Shown: positions 9,157 to 17,041, counted from the stretch's first letter. The stretch is DNA of 64,000 bases from Desulfotomaculaceae bacterium (GCA_028702695.1 JAQVOH010000002.1:45560-109559), one strand, 5' to 3'. The notes: generated by a model not told the origin, from the letters alone. Numbers and translations: made by a program.

Positions 9157-9828
9157 ATGTATGAAGAAAATTGTGTAAAGAGGTGGTCGTCTTTGGGTGG
9201 TCAAATGGTGAGTTTTAAAGGAACAAGGAACGGCCTGATAATTGTCCTTGATCAAAGCCGGGAATTTGAAGATATCAAGAATACACTGCGCTCAAAGATG
9301 GAGTCGGCCAGGGGTTTTTTTAGTGGCGCCAAGTTTTCCATAGCTGACGCTCACCAGGAAATTCCCACCAGCCAAAAGGATGAGCTTGAGGATATATGCC
9401 GGCAATACGGAATGGTTCCCAACCCTGACGGCAGTGTTGTGATGCACTCTAAAGCTACGTTAGAGCCAGCCCGGACGTATCAGAACGCCATTTCCTCACC
9501 AGTTGGTGATGGTGAAGCCGCACTCATGGTCAGGCGTTCACTACGTTCAGGTCAGCGTATCGTCTATCCAGGACATGTTGTTGTACTGGGGGATATCCAC
9601 CCTGGTGCAGAGGTGGTAGCAGGTGGTAACGTGCTGGTACTGGGGCACTGCCGTGGGGTAATACATGCAGGGATTGATGGAAACAACTCTGCTAAGGTGG
9701 TGGCCATGCGGCTGTCTCCAATGGTATTGAGCATTGCAGGCCGGAGGTTTACTCCGGATCTTACCGGACATTCTGCCGGTAGTTGCCGCACTGCCCGCCT
9801 GTCAGGTAAGGAAATTGTTTTTGAATAA
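9157..9828 (+). CDS. minC: septum site-determining protein MinC
   Basis: VSFKGTRNGLIIVL...RSLRSGQRIVYPGHVVVLGDIHPGAEVVAGGNVLVLGHCRGVIHAG, the C-terminal beta-helix repeats. The true start is probably TTG 9193 or ATG 9205. Confidence 0.85.
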   Translation: MYEENCVKRWSSLGGQMVSFKGTRNGLIIVLDQSREFEDIKNTLRSKMESARGFFSGAKFSIADAHQEIPTSQKDELEDICRQYGMVPNPDGSVVMHSKATLEPARTYQNAISSPVGDGEAALMVRRSLRSGQRIVYPGHVVVLGDIHPGAEVVAGGNVLVLGHCRGVIHAGIDGNNSAKVVAMRLSPMVLSIAGRRFTPDLTGHSAGSCRTARLSGKEIVFE

Positions 9829-9879
9829 TAGCATTAGGAGCCTGATTTCAGACAAAACATGCTTTACACTGAAATAATT

Positions 9880-9915
9880 AAAACCGGCGGAGCATATCGC
9901 TCACAGCCGGTTTTT
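9880..9915 (+). terminator. Rho-independent terminator after minC (overlaps the 3' end of the convergent NUDIX gene)
   Basis: AAAACCGGC...GCCGGTTTTT. Confidence 0.6.
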
Positions 9916-10455
9916 CATATAGCTGTCTACGGCCAAAATACCGGCCACTGACGCGGAGTCACAAATTTCACCAGACCAGATCATGGTAATTGCTTTTTCC
10001 CAGGGTACCGATAACACCTCAATAAATTCGTCGTCATCAAGGTTTTGCTTTAGAAGGGTCAAGCCAGATGCAAAAAATAAGTGCAATTCCTCATCGGAGA
10101 AACCAGGAGCACTGAAAAAACTGCATAACCTGACTATTTCTTTTGCTTTGTAACCTGTTTCTTCCTGTAGTTCTCTCAGTGCTGCTGACTCCAATTCTTC
10201 TCCCGGCTCGATATTCCCAGCCGGTAGTTCCATCGCGGTCCTGCCGGTAGCAGATCTGTACTGTCTTACCATAAGTAGCTGGCCATCCTGTTTTACCGGG
10301 ACGATAATCACGGCCCCCGTGTGTTCCACAATTTCCCTTTTTGCTGTACGACCATCGGGTAATTCGACAGTATCAACCCTGAGGTTTAGAATTCTACCCC
10401 GGTATATTATATTTGAGCGAAGGACTTTTTCAGTAAGATCGCTTATTATTATCAC
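9901..10455 (-). CDS. nudF: NUDIX hydrolase, ADP-ribose pyrophosphatase type
   Basis: 184 aa: IYRGRILNLRVDTVELPDGRTAKREIVEH...ELPAGNIEPGEELESAALRELQEETGY, an intact Nudix box. Confidence 0.8.
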   Translation of the reverse strand: MIIISDLTEKVLRSNIIYRGRILNLRVDTVELPDGRTAKREIVEHTGAVIIVPVKQDGQLLMVRQYRSATGRTAMELPAGNIEPGEELESAALRELQEETGYKAKEIVRLCSFFSAPGFSDEELHLFFASGLTLLKQNLDDDEFIEVLSVPWEKAITMIWSGEICDSASVAGILAVDSYMKNRL

Positions 10456-10756
10456 TCCATTTTTTTATTATTTTACACTAAACCGGTTAAAAAAAATTTT
10501 TACCAATTATTTTATCCATTGGCGGGGTTTAGCAACCATCTAGCAGGCTTAAACAGAGCTACTTATTCGCCTAACCGGTATCATTTTCCTGCCATGCCCC
10601 CCAACCTATTCCGCAAAGACTTTTAGCAGGATGCTACCTCTGCCGGTGGAGGTGAAACCCGAGGAAACCAGTGCTAGCTATCAAAAAGGACTGTTGGAAT
10701 CATCAGGATGCCTAAAACTGAAAGAGGACAGAAAAGGATGCACCGTGTTGAAATAC

Positions 10757-10871
10757 AGTGAACTCGTCCAGCTAAAGCTGGACATCGAGACTTCGGTGGG
10801 TGACTCTATCCCATTGAAGCAGAAAAGTGGTACTCCCACTTATAGAAGTGGGAGTCTTAGAATTGGATAAA
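10757..10871 (+). repeat. copy A of a diverged ~100-nt repeat with two hairpins (copy B at 29326..29428)
   Basis: Hand alignment to copy B: 92/103 identical plus one 12-nt indel. Hairpins GTCCAGC-TAAA-GCTGGAC and ACTCCCACTT-ATAG-AAGTGGGAGT. Confidence 0.85.
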
Positions 10872-10878
10872 GTTGAGC

Positions 10879-10908
10879 AAAAGGTTGCCAGAGCGGCGAC
10901 CTTTTTTT
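10879..10908 (+). terminator. Rho-independent terminator directly after repeat copy A
   Basis: AAAAGGTTGCC-AGAGC-GGCGACC followed by TTTTTTT (7-bp stem with one G-U pair). Confidence 0.7.
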
Positions 10909-10920
10909 GTGTTGGAGTTT

Positions 10921-10964
10921 TGAGCCTATTTGTAACATTGTTCTTGGCGAAGGCTCATTTTTTG
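10921..10964 (+). terminator. second, weaker terminator-like hairpin
   Basis: TGAGCCT...AGGCTCA followed by TTTTTTG. The loop is large (~23 nt). Confidence 0.45.
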
Positions 10965-11090
10965 TTGTTATTTGCTGGAGGAATTTCCCTAGGAATATAG
11001 AATTTTTAACAAAAAGAGGAATGGGCATAACCTATCCCTGTAGCCAGTATAGTTATAAGACAAAAATAAACTAAGGAGGCAATTACCGGT

Positions 11091-12080
11091 GTGACTATTA
11101 AGGTTGGCATTCCGGGGTCACTTTTATATTATCTTTACTATCCTATGTGGCGGACTTTTTTCAATGAACTCGGTGTCCAGGTAGTGACATCCGGTAAAAC
11201 CACAAAAAACATTTTAGATCAAGGGACTCGTGAGGCGTTGGCTGATGCCTGTGTACCTATTAAACTTTTCTACGGGCATGTTATGGATATCAAAGAACAG
11301 GTCGATTACCTCTATATTCCAAGGGTGGTCTGCCTTAACGGCAAGACCGTTTACTGCCCCAAATTTCTTGGTCTGCCTGATATGATCCGCTATTCAATCG
11401 AGAATGTACCGCCAATTATTGATGTACGCATGGACACCAGGCAGGGTCGCTTCGCGCTTGTGAAGGCCTATCTCGCAATCGGTAAAATATTGGGAGCGCC
11501 TAAAAGTTTGGTATTGCGCGCGTATGTGAAAGCCGTGGGCATTTTGTATCGTTATAACAGGCTATTGAGAAAGGGATGGAGCCCAGTGGCGGCCATGAAT
11601 TTCTTGGACAACCAGGTTGGTGGGACGGATTTTGACGGACCTTTAAAGCCTAGTTTGAAGTTTGCCGTCCTGGGTTATCCCTATGCAATTTATGACAGTT
11701 TTATCAGCGTTAATTTAATTGATAAGTTAATGAAGTATGGGGTCAAGGTTATCACAGCTGAAAACATTCATCCTACCTTACTTGCCCTTCAGAAAAACTG
11801 CAACCTGCCAAAACGTCTTTTTTGGACCCTCAGTGACAGGGCGCTCAAGGCGGCCCACTACCTTTTTAACCAGAATAAAATTGACGGGGTTCTGCACTTA
11901 ACAGCCTTCGGTTGCGGCCCTGACTCCCTATTGAATAGATTAATCGAAATGGAAGCCAAAAAACACAGTAATATTCCTTTTATGACCTTGATGATTGATG
12001 AACAAACCGGAGACGCAGGCATGACCACCCGCCTGGAGGCATTCGTTGATATGGTCAGGCGTAGGAAGGAGGTGCATTAA
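11091..12080 (+). CDS. HgdA/HgdB-like subunit of the BCR/HAD radical enzyme family (DUF2229/HGD-D type), substrate unknown
   Basis: 329 aa. C-terminal LHLTAFGCGPDS...IPFMTLMIDEQTGDAGMTTRLEAFVDMV is paralogous to the C-terminus of the next gene. GTG start after AAGGAGG. Confidence 0.7.
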   Translation: MTIKVGIPGSLLYYLYYPMWRTFFNELGVQVVTSGKTTKNILDQGTREALADACVPIKLFYGHVMDIKEQVDYLYIPRVVCLNGKTVYCPKFLGLPDMIRYSIENVPPIIDVRMDTRQGRFALVKAYLAIGKILGAPKSLVLRAYVKAVGILYRYNRLLRKGWSPVAAMNFLDNQVGGTDFDGPLKPSLKFAVLGYPYAIYDSFISVNLIDKLMKYGVKVITAENIHPTLLALQKNCNLPKRLFWTLSDRALKAAHYLFNQNKIDGVLHLTAFGCGPDSLLNRLIEMEAKKHSNIPFMTLMIDEQTGDAGMTTRLEAFVDMVRRRKEVH

Positions 12081-13183
12081 TGTCGAAAGTAACTTTCCCT
12101 AGAATGGGTGAATCCTGGCGAACCTTTAAAATGCTCCTGGAGGACCTTGGCAACGAAGTGGTGGTTCCTCCACGTCCCAGCAAGCGCACACTAGATCTTG
12201 GGGTAAGATATTCCCCTGAGTTTGCCTGTTTCCCACTAAAAATCTTGATGGGGACCTACCTGGAATGTATTGAGATGGGTGCCGATACGATCGTAACGAC
12301 TGGTGGTGTGGGTCCTTGTCGGGCAGGGGAATATGCCATGCTTCATCAAAAGATCCTTAAAGACCTTGGTCATAATATGAAAATGATAGTTTTTGAACCA
12401 CCCCGCCATTACCCTATAAATTTTATCAGAAACGTGTGGACGTTAAACAAAGCCCGTATTTCAATTGGCGGTATTATTTCCCACATCAAGCGGGCCTGGC
12501 GCAAACTACAGGCTCTGGACAGTGTGGAAAAATTGAGCCACGTGACCAGGCCACGCGAAATAAATAGCGGTAACACAACCAGGGTCTACCGCAAGGTACT
12601 TGATTGGATTGACCAGGCGTATACCACGCCACAAATTATTGAGGCTGAAGCGGCTGCCTTGGAGAACATGAAAAATATTCCCCAGGATCCCCAACGCATG
12701 GTACTGAAAGTGGGTATTGTAGGTGAAATATACGTGTTGCTGGAACCTGCCAGCAACCTGGAGATTGAAGAAACACTAGGCAATCTAGGGGTCGAAGTGG
12801 AAAAGTCTATGTTCCTTACGGGGTGGACCCGTGACAACACCTGGAATGAAACAACCGAGCGTATGACTGTCACAGAAGCCGCAACCCCCTATCTTCCCGA
12901 ACTGGTTGGAGGTCACGGTCGGGATTCAATTGGCAACACCATCCTTTGCGCCAAGCGCGGGTTTGATGGCATGATTCAGTTAGCTCCCTTTACCTGTATT
13001 CCGGAAATTGTTGCTCGCACCATCCTGCCCAGGGTGAGCAGCGATTATGATATTCCCGTACTTACTTTTTTCCTGGATGAGCAGACCGGGAAAGCGGGCA
13101 TGTCTACCCGGTTGGAGGCTTTTACCGACCTGATGAGAAGGAAAAAACTTTTACAGTTAAGAACAAATTGTTTAACCGGTTAA
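12080..13183 (+). CDS. second HgdA/HgdB-like subunit (DUF2229/HGD-D type)
   Basis: 367 aa: GGVGPCRAGEY...LAPFTCIPEIVA...IPVLTFFLDEQTGKAGMSTRLEAFTDLM. The start overlaps the upstream stop (TAATG). Confidence 0.7.
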   Translation: MSKVTFPRMGESWRTFKMLLEDLGNEVVVPPRPSKRTLDLGVRYSPEFACFPLKILMGTYLECIEMGADTIVTTGGVGPCRAGEYAMLHQKILKDLGHNMKMIVFEPPRHYPINFIRNVWTLNKARISIGGIISHIKRAWRKLQALDSVEKLSHVTRPREINSGNTTRVYRKVLDWIDQAYTTPQIIEAEAAALENMKNIPQDPQRMVLKVGIVGEIYVLLEPASNLEIEETLGNLGVEVEKSMFLTGWTRDNTWNETTERMTVTEAATPYLPELVGGHGRDSIGNTILCAKRGFDGMIQLAPFTCIPEIVARTILPRVSSDYDIPVLTFFLDEQTGKAGMSTRLEAFTDLMRRKKLLQLRTNCLTG

Positions 13184-13204
13184 AAGTGACAGGAAGGATT
13201 TGTT

Positions 13205-14158
13205 ATGAAAGCATATTTAGGTATTGATGTCGGTTCAGTCAGTATTAATATCGTTGTCATGAGCGAGGCCGGAGATATCCTAACCGGCCTTTACCTTAGA
13301 ACTATGGGTCGACCCATAGAGGTCATCCAGGAAGGTCTTAAAGAAGCGGCAGCAGCAGTTCCGCCTGGTATTGAGATAGCCGGCGCCGGCACGACCGGCA
13401 GTGGTCGCTACCTGGCAGGGGTTATGGTGGGCGCCGATGTGATCAAAAATGAGATAACTGCCCATGCCGTCGCAGCTTCCATGCGTGTTCCAGATGTCCA
13501 TACAGTTATGGAGGTGGGTGGCCAGGACTCCAAAATTATCATTTTGAGGAACGGTATAGTTACTGATTTTGCCATGAATACAGTTTGTGCCGCCGGTACA
13601 GGATCTTTCCTTGATCAGCAGGCTGCCCGCCTCAACATCCCCATTGCCAGGTTTGGTGAAATGGCTCTTAGTTCCGGCGCCTCGGTGCGCATTGCCGGGC
13701 GTTGCACCGTTTTTGCCGAATCAGACATGATTCATAAGCAGCAGATGGGTTATCAGCTCCCGGACATTGTTAAAGGCTTGTGTGAAGCACTGGTTCGCAA
13801 TTACCTTAATAATGTAGCCAAAGGCAAGGAAATATTACCTCCTGTGGTGTTCCAGGGTGGTGTCGCCGCCAATGTAGGTATTAAGGCTGCCTTTGAAACG
13901 GCCTTGGGTATGCCTGTGATTATACCTGAATACTTTAATGTTATGGGTGCAATTGGGGCTGCCCAACTTGCTATGGAAAAGGCAGCGGGAGGTAATAGCA
14001 CCAGCTTTAAAGGATTTGCGGTAACGGGTCTTCCTTATCGCACGGGAAGTTTCGACTGTAACGGGTGCTCTAATGTATGCGAAATAGTTGAGATTTACGA
14101 GGAGGAAAAAGTGATTGGTCGTTGGGGGTCCCGCTGCGCAAAATGGGACGTAATTTAG
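13205..14158 (+). CDS. BadF/BadG/BcrA/BcrD-type ATPase (HgdC-like activase, archerase)
   Basis: 317 aa: KAYLGIDVGSVSINIVVM...MEVGGQDSKIIIL...NTVCAAGTGSFLDQQA...FQGGVAANVG, with a Cys-rich C-terminal tail CNGCSNVCE. Confidence 0.85.
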   Translation: MKAYLGIDVGSVSINIVVMSEAGDILTGLYLRTMGRPIEVIQEGLKEAAAAVPPGIEIAGAGTTGSGRYLAGVMVGADVIKNEITAHAVAASMRVPDVHTVMEVGGQDSKIIILRNGIVTDFAMNTVCAAGTGSFLDQQAARLNIPIARFGEMALSSGASVRIAGRCTVFAESDMIHKQQMGYQLPDIVKGLCEALVRNYLNNVAKGKEILPPVVFQGGVAANVGIKAAFETALGMPVIIPEYFNVMGAIGAAQLAMEKAAGGNSTSFKGFAVTGLPYRTGSFDCNGCSNVCEIVEIYEEEKVIGRWGSRCAKWDVI

Positions 14159-14172
14159 TACGACAAGGAGTA

Positions 14173-14520
14173 ATGGGATTGTCTGAGAATGATGGCAGTG
14201 GAAGAAAAGGTCTTGTCCACATCTATACCGGGAATGGCAAAGGTAAAACCACAGCTGCTCTGGGCTCGCCCTGCTGGCGATTGGCCACGGTTACCGGATG
14301 TACATGCTCCAATTTATGAAGGGAGCAAGAATTCGGTGAAATAATCGCAGCCGAGCGTTATCTGCCGGGATTTACCATCGTCCAGTCCGGATTAGGGACA
14401 TTTGTCAGTAAGGAAGACCCTGCCAAGGCGGATCTCGAGCTGGCGAAAAAAATAATTTCAGAGAATCAATACGCTCTGGTCATCCTTGACGAAATTAATG
14501 TAGCTCAACAGCCACATGAT
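14173..14520 (+). pseudogene. cobO: decayed cob(I)yrinic acid a,c-diamide adenosyltransferase (CobO/BtuR type)
   Basis: N-terminus GLVHIYTGNGKGKTTAALG reads in frame 1. Homology continues as LALLAIGHGYRMYMLQFMKGA in another frame, then returns to frame 1 as EFGEIIAAERYLPGF...YALVILDEINVA. A stop occurs in frame 1 at 14317, and the last ~60 residues of the family are absent. Confidence 0.7.
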
Positions 14521-15689
14521 TTATCCTCACCCTTGTTGAACTGACCGGATGGTATCTCAGCAATCTCTGACAAAGAACGAATGGCAAAGTCCACTTCCCT
14601 TTCAGTGTTAAAATAGGAAAAACTGAAGCGCACCAGTCTCTGCTCCAGTGTGCCCAGTGTTCTGTGGGCGTCTGGAGCACAGTGCAAGCCTGCGCGGCAG
14701 GCAATTTTATATTGCTGGTCCAGTACATACCCCACTTTCCCGGCCGGTTTCCCCTCCAGGCTGAAAGACACCACGGGTGCGCGGTGGTAAAGCTGCTCCG
14801 GCCCATACAGCGTCATGCCCTTGATACCTGATGCACCCTCCAGAAAGCGCTTGGTTAATGCCATCTCGTGTTGTCTAATCCGTTCTATTCCTTCCATTCG
14901 GATGAATTTTAAACCTGCGGCTAATCCGGCGATACCTACCGAGTTAATCGTGCCACTTTCAAAACGCTCCGGCATGACTCTCGGCTGTTCGGGTACCTCA
15001 GAATAACTGCCGGTGCCCCCTTCTTTCAGGGGCGTCAGCTCCAACCTCTCATCGATATAAAGGCCACCAGTGCCAGTAGGTCCGTACAGGCCTTTATGGC
15101 CCGGAAAAGCTAGCAGGTTAATCCCCATGAAGGAGACATCCAGATCAAACACCCCGGCTGTTTGGGCGGCGTCAACAATCAGGCAGAGTCCCTTTTTCTT
15201 AGTGAGTTGGCCAATCTCACTAATGGGCATGAGCGTCCCGGTCACGTTTGAGGCGTGTGTTATAACAACGGCAGTTGTGTTCGATTTAATAGCCGACTCT
15301 ATATCTTTGAGCCTGATCGAGCCATCTTTAGCACAGGCAACCTTGGTGATTTCGACCCCTTTACCCTCCAGAACATGCAGCGGCCTGGTTACCGAGTTAT
15401 GCTCCATAGAGCTGGTAATTATATGCTGACCATCCTTGAGCAGCCCTTTGATGGCAAGGTTAAGCGCCTCTGTGGCGTTGAGGGTAAAGACAATCCGGTC
15501 AGGATTCTTGATATTAAACAGGGTTGCCAGAAGTTCCCTGGCTTCGTCTACGAGGCGTCCTGCCTCCAATGCCATTTGATGTCCTGACCTGCCGGGATTG
15601 GCTCCCACGAATTTTATACAGTATTCCATGGCTTCCCAGACTTTAGAAGGTTTTGGCCAGGAGGTGGCTGCGCTATCGAAATAAATCAA
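14505..15689 (-). CDS. class V aminotransferase-fold cysteine desulfurase family protein
   Basis: 394 aa: IYFDSAATSWPKP...ITHASNVTG...AFPGHKGLYGPTGTGGLY...CRAGLHCAP. TTG start after AGGGG. Confidence 0.85.
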   Translation of the reverse strand: MIYFDSAATSWPKPSKVWEAMEYCIKFVGANPGRSGHQMALEAGRLVDEARELLATLFNIKNPDRIVFTLNATEALNLAIKGLLKDGQHIITSSMEHNSVTRPLHVLEGKGVEITKVACAKDGSIRLKDIESAIKSNTTAVVITHASNVTGTLMPISEIGQLTKKKGLCLIVDAAQTAGVFDLDVSFMGINLLAFPGHKGLYGPTGTGGLYIDERLELTPLKEGGTGSYSEVPEQPRVMPERFESGTINSVGIAGLAAGLKFIRMEGIERIRQHEMALTKRFLEGASGIKGMTLYGPEQLYHRAPVVSFSLEGKPAGKVGYVLDQQYKIACRAGLHCAPDAHRTLGTLEQRLVRFSFSYFNTEREVDFAIRSLSEIAEIPSGQFNKGEDKSCGC

Positions 15690-15812
15690 ATTTTATCCCC
15701 TTTCTTGGCTAGACTTGATTTTCTTTAAAAGCTGGGCAGGGTTTATTCTGTTTGGTATAACTATATTTTATTCTGTATCGTATGATTCGTTTCTATCTTA
15801 TTGTGGATGCAG

Positions 15813-15840
15813 CAAAAAAAGGCACGCTCTCGCGTGCCTG
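15813..15840 (-). terminator. Rho-independent terminator after the CAP-domain gene
   Basis: Minus strand: AGGCACGC-GAGA-GCGTGCCT followed by TTTTTTT. Confidence 0.7.
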
Positions 15841-15928
15841 AAGAAAAATGATTATACCTTGTATATTAGACATTGTAGGAACTTCGATACAAGTCAAAAA
15901 TTTCTTATGTTTTATTTTAGTCAGTTGT

Positions 15929-16651
15929 TTAGTCGCCGCTGAACAGTTGGGTGACAACTACCCCGTTGCTGGATTTGGTGATGCCAATACCAATTGCGTT
16001 GTGGATGGGATTGAGAATATTGGCTTTGTGCCCCTCGCTGCCCATAAACAATTCTTGCGCCCGCTTCGTTGTTGCCGCCTTAGCGATATTCTCCGCACCC
16101 ATGACCCTGGCTGAGTAGCCTGCTTGCCTTTCCATGTTAAAGGCTGAACCATAGGTTGGTGAAGTGTGGTCGAAATAATTGTTCTGGTACATATCCTGAC
16201 TTTTCAAACGGGCAAGCTCTGTCAGCTTCTGATCGTGTGTGAAAGCAGGCAGTCCGGCTTTGTTCCTTTCCTGGTTGACCAGATCGAACATAAGCGCCTC
16301 GTCCGCTGTTAAGCCGCTGGTCCCGGTAGAGGTAGTAGGAGTCGTTGGAGTTATTGGTGTAGTCGGGGTAGTTGGAGTGGTAGTTACTGGTTTCTGGTTA
16401 TATCCAGAACCATAGTACTTGTTCCAATAAGACTGCAGCTGGTTCGCTGTGGTTGCTGTTGCTGCAAGTACGGCCTCATTTGCAGAGGGTGAATTGCCGT
16501 AACCATCATAATCATTGTAACCATAAACGTTACCCCAGTTTGAAGTTACCTCACCCTGATCAGATGGTGCTGCCATAGCTGCTGGTACGACGACTAGAAT
16601 TAATAATAAACAAGGAACGAGTACGGACAGTAAACGCTTGATACTTGTCAA
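15929..16651 (-). CDS. secreted CAP/SCP-domain protein (YkwD-like) with Pro/Thr-rich linker
   Basis: 240 aa. Signal peptide LLSVLVPCLLLILVVVPAAMA, linker TTTPTTPTTPITPTTPTTS, CAP domain NQERNKAGLPAF...YFDHTSPTYGS...MGAENIA...GHKANILNP. TTG start. Confidence 0.8.
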   Translation of the reverse strand: MTSIKRLLSVLVPCLLLILVVVPAAMAAPSDQGEVTSNWGNVYGYNDYDGYGNSPSANEAVLAATATTANQLQSYWNKYYGSGYNQKPVTTTPTTPTTPITPTTPTTSTGTSGLTADEALMFDLVNQERNKAGLPAFTHDQKLTELARLKSQDMYQNNYFDHTSPTYGSAFNMERQAGYSARVMGAENIAKAATTKRAQELFMGSEGHKANILNPIHNAIGIGITKSSNGVVVTQLFSGD

Positions 16652-16667
16652 CAGGATTGCCCCTTTC

Positions 16668-16885
16668 TAGAGCCTCCGGGGTTAGCTGGCGGGTTCGGTG
16701 AAAGATACCCTATCCATTTTGCCAAATTAGTGTGCGAAAGGCGCCCCATGGTTTCTACCAGAAACCGGAAGATACAAGGAAGGCTTGTCCTTTTTTTACT
16801 CTAATAGTACACGCATGGCGCAAATGGGATTCACCCCGAGTAATTGGTTCCCCCGTACCCAGTTTAAATATTTCTGGGATTCGGC
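16668..16885 (-). promoter_or_regulatory. c-di-AMP riboswitch (ydaO/kimA class) in the 5' leader of the CAP-domain gene
   Basis: Minus strand shows the conserved blocks GAAUCCCAG..CUGGGUACGGGGGAACCAAU..CGGGGUGAAUCCC ... GGGGCGCC ... ACCGAACCCGCCAGCUAACCCCGGAGGC. It ends 17 nt before the start codon. Confidence 0.8.
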
Positions 16886-17041
16886 ATTTTTAATACTATT
16901 ACTGTCAGATTATATTTTTTATGATCTATTTAGACAAAATTGTTTACAAGCGCTGAACGGGTCTATCGGTCAGTAAGATATTTTTATCTTTATATAGGTA
17001 TAAAAAGTTGAAAATTACAGTTAGATGGTAATATTTATTGT

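Noticed and set aside
10690-10710. CUGAUGA on the minus strand as a hammerhead ribozyme core.
   Set aside because: There is no matching GAAA box and no flanking stems I/II/III in the surrounding sequence.
10631-10870. The 79-aa ORF as a genuine protein-coding gene.
   Set aside because: It has no SD, its N-terminal part is unconserved and compositionally odd, and only the last 38 codons recur (in copy B, where an in-frame stop precedes them). It is treated as part of the repeat finding rather than as a CDS.
14262-14330. Programmed ribosomal frameshifting in cobO.
   Set aside because: There is no slippery heptamer or downstream structure at either shift. Two compensating indels plus a missing C-terminus fit decay (or sequencing error) better.
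16313-16390. Short tandem ACx-CCx repeats.
   Set aside because: They encode the Pro/Thr-rich linker (TTTPTTPTTPITPTTPTTS) of the CAP-domain protein. This is low-complexity coding sequence, not a CRISPR array or a non-coding tandem repeat.
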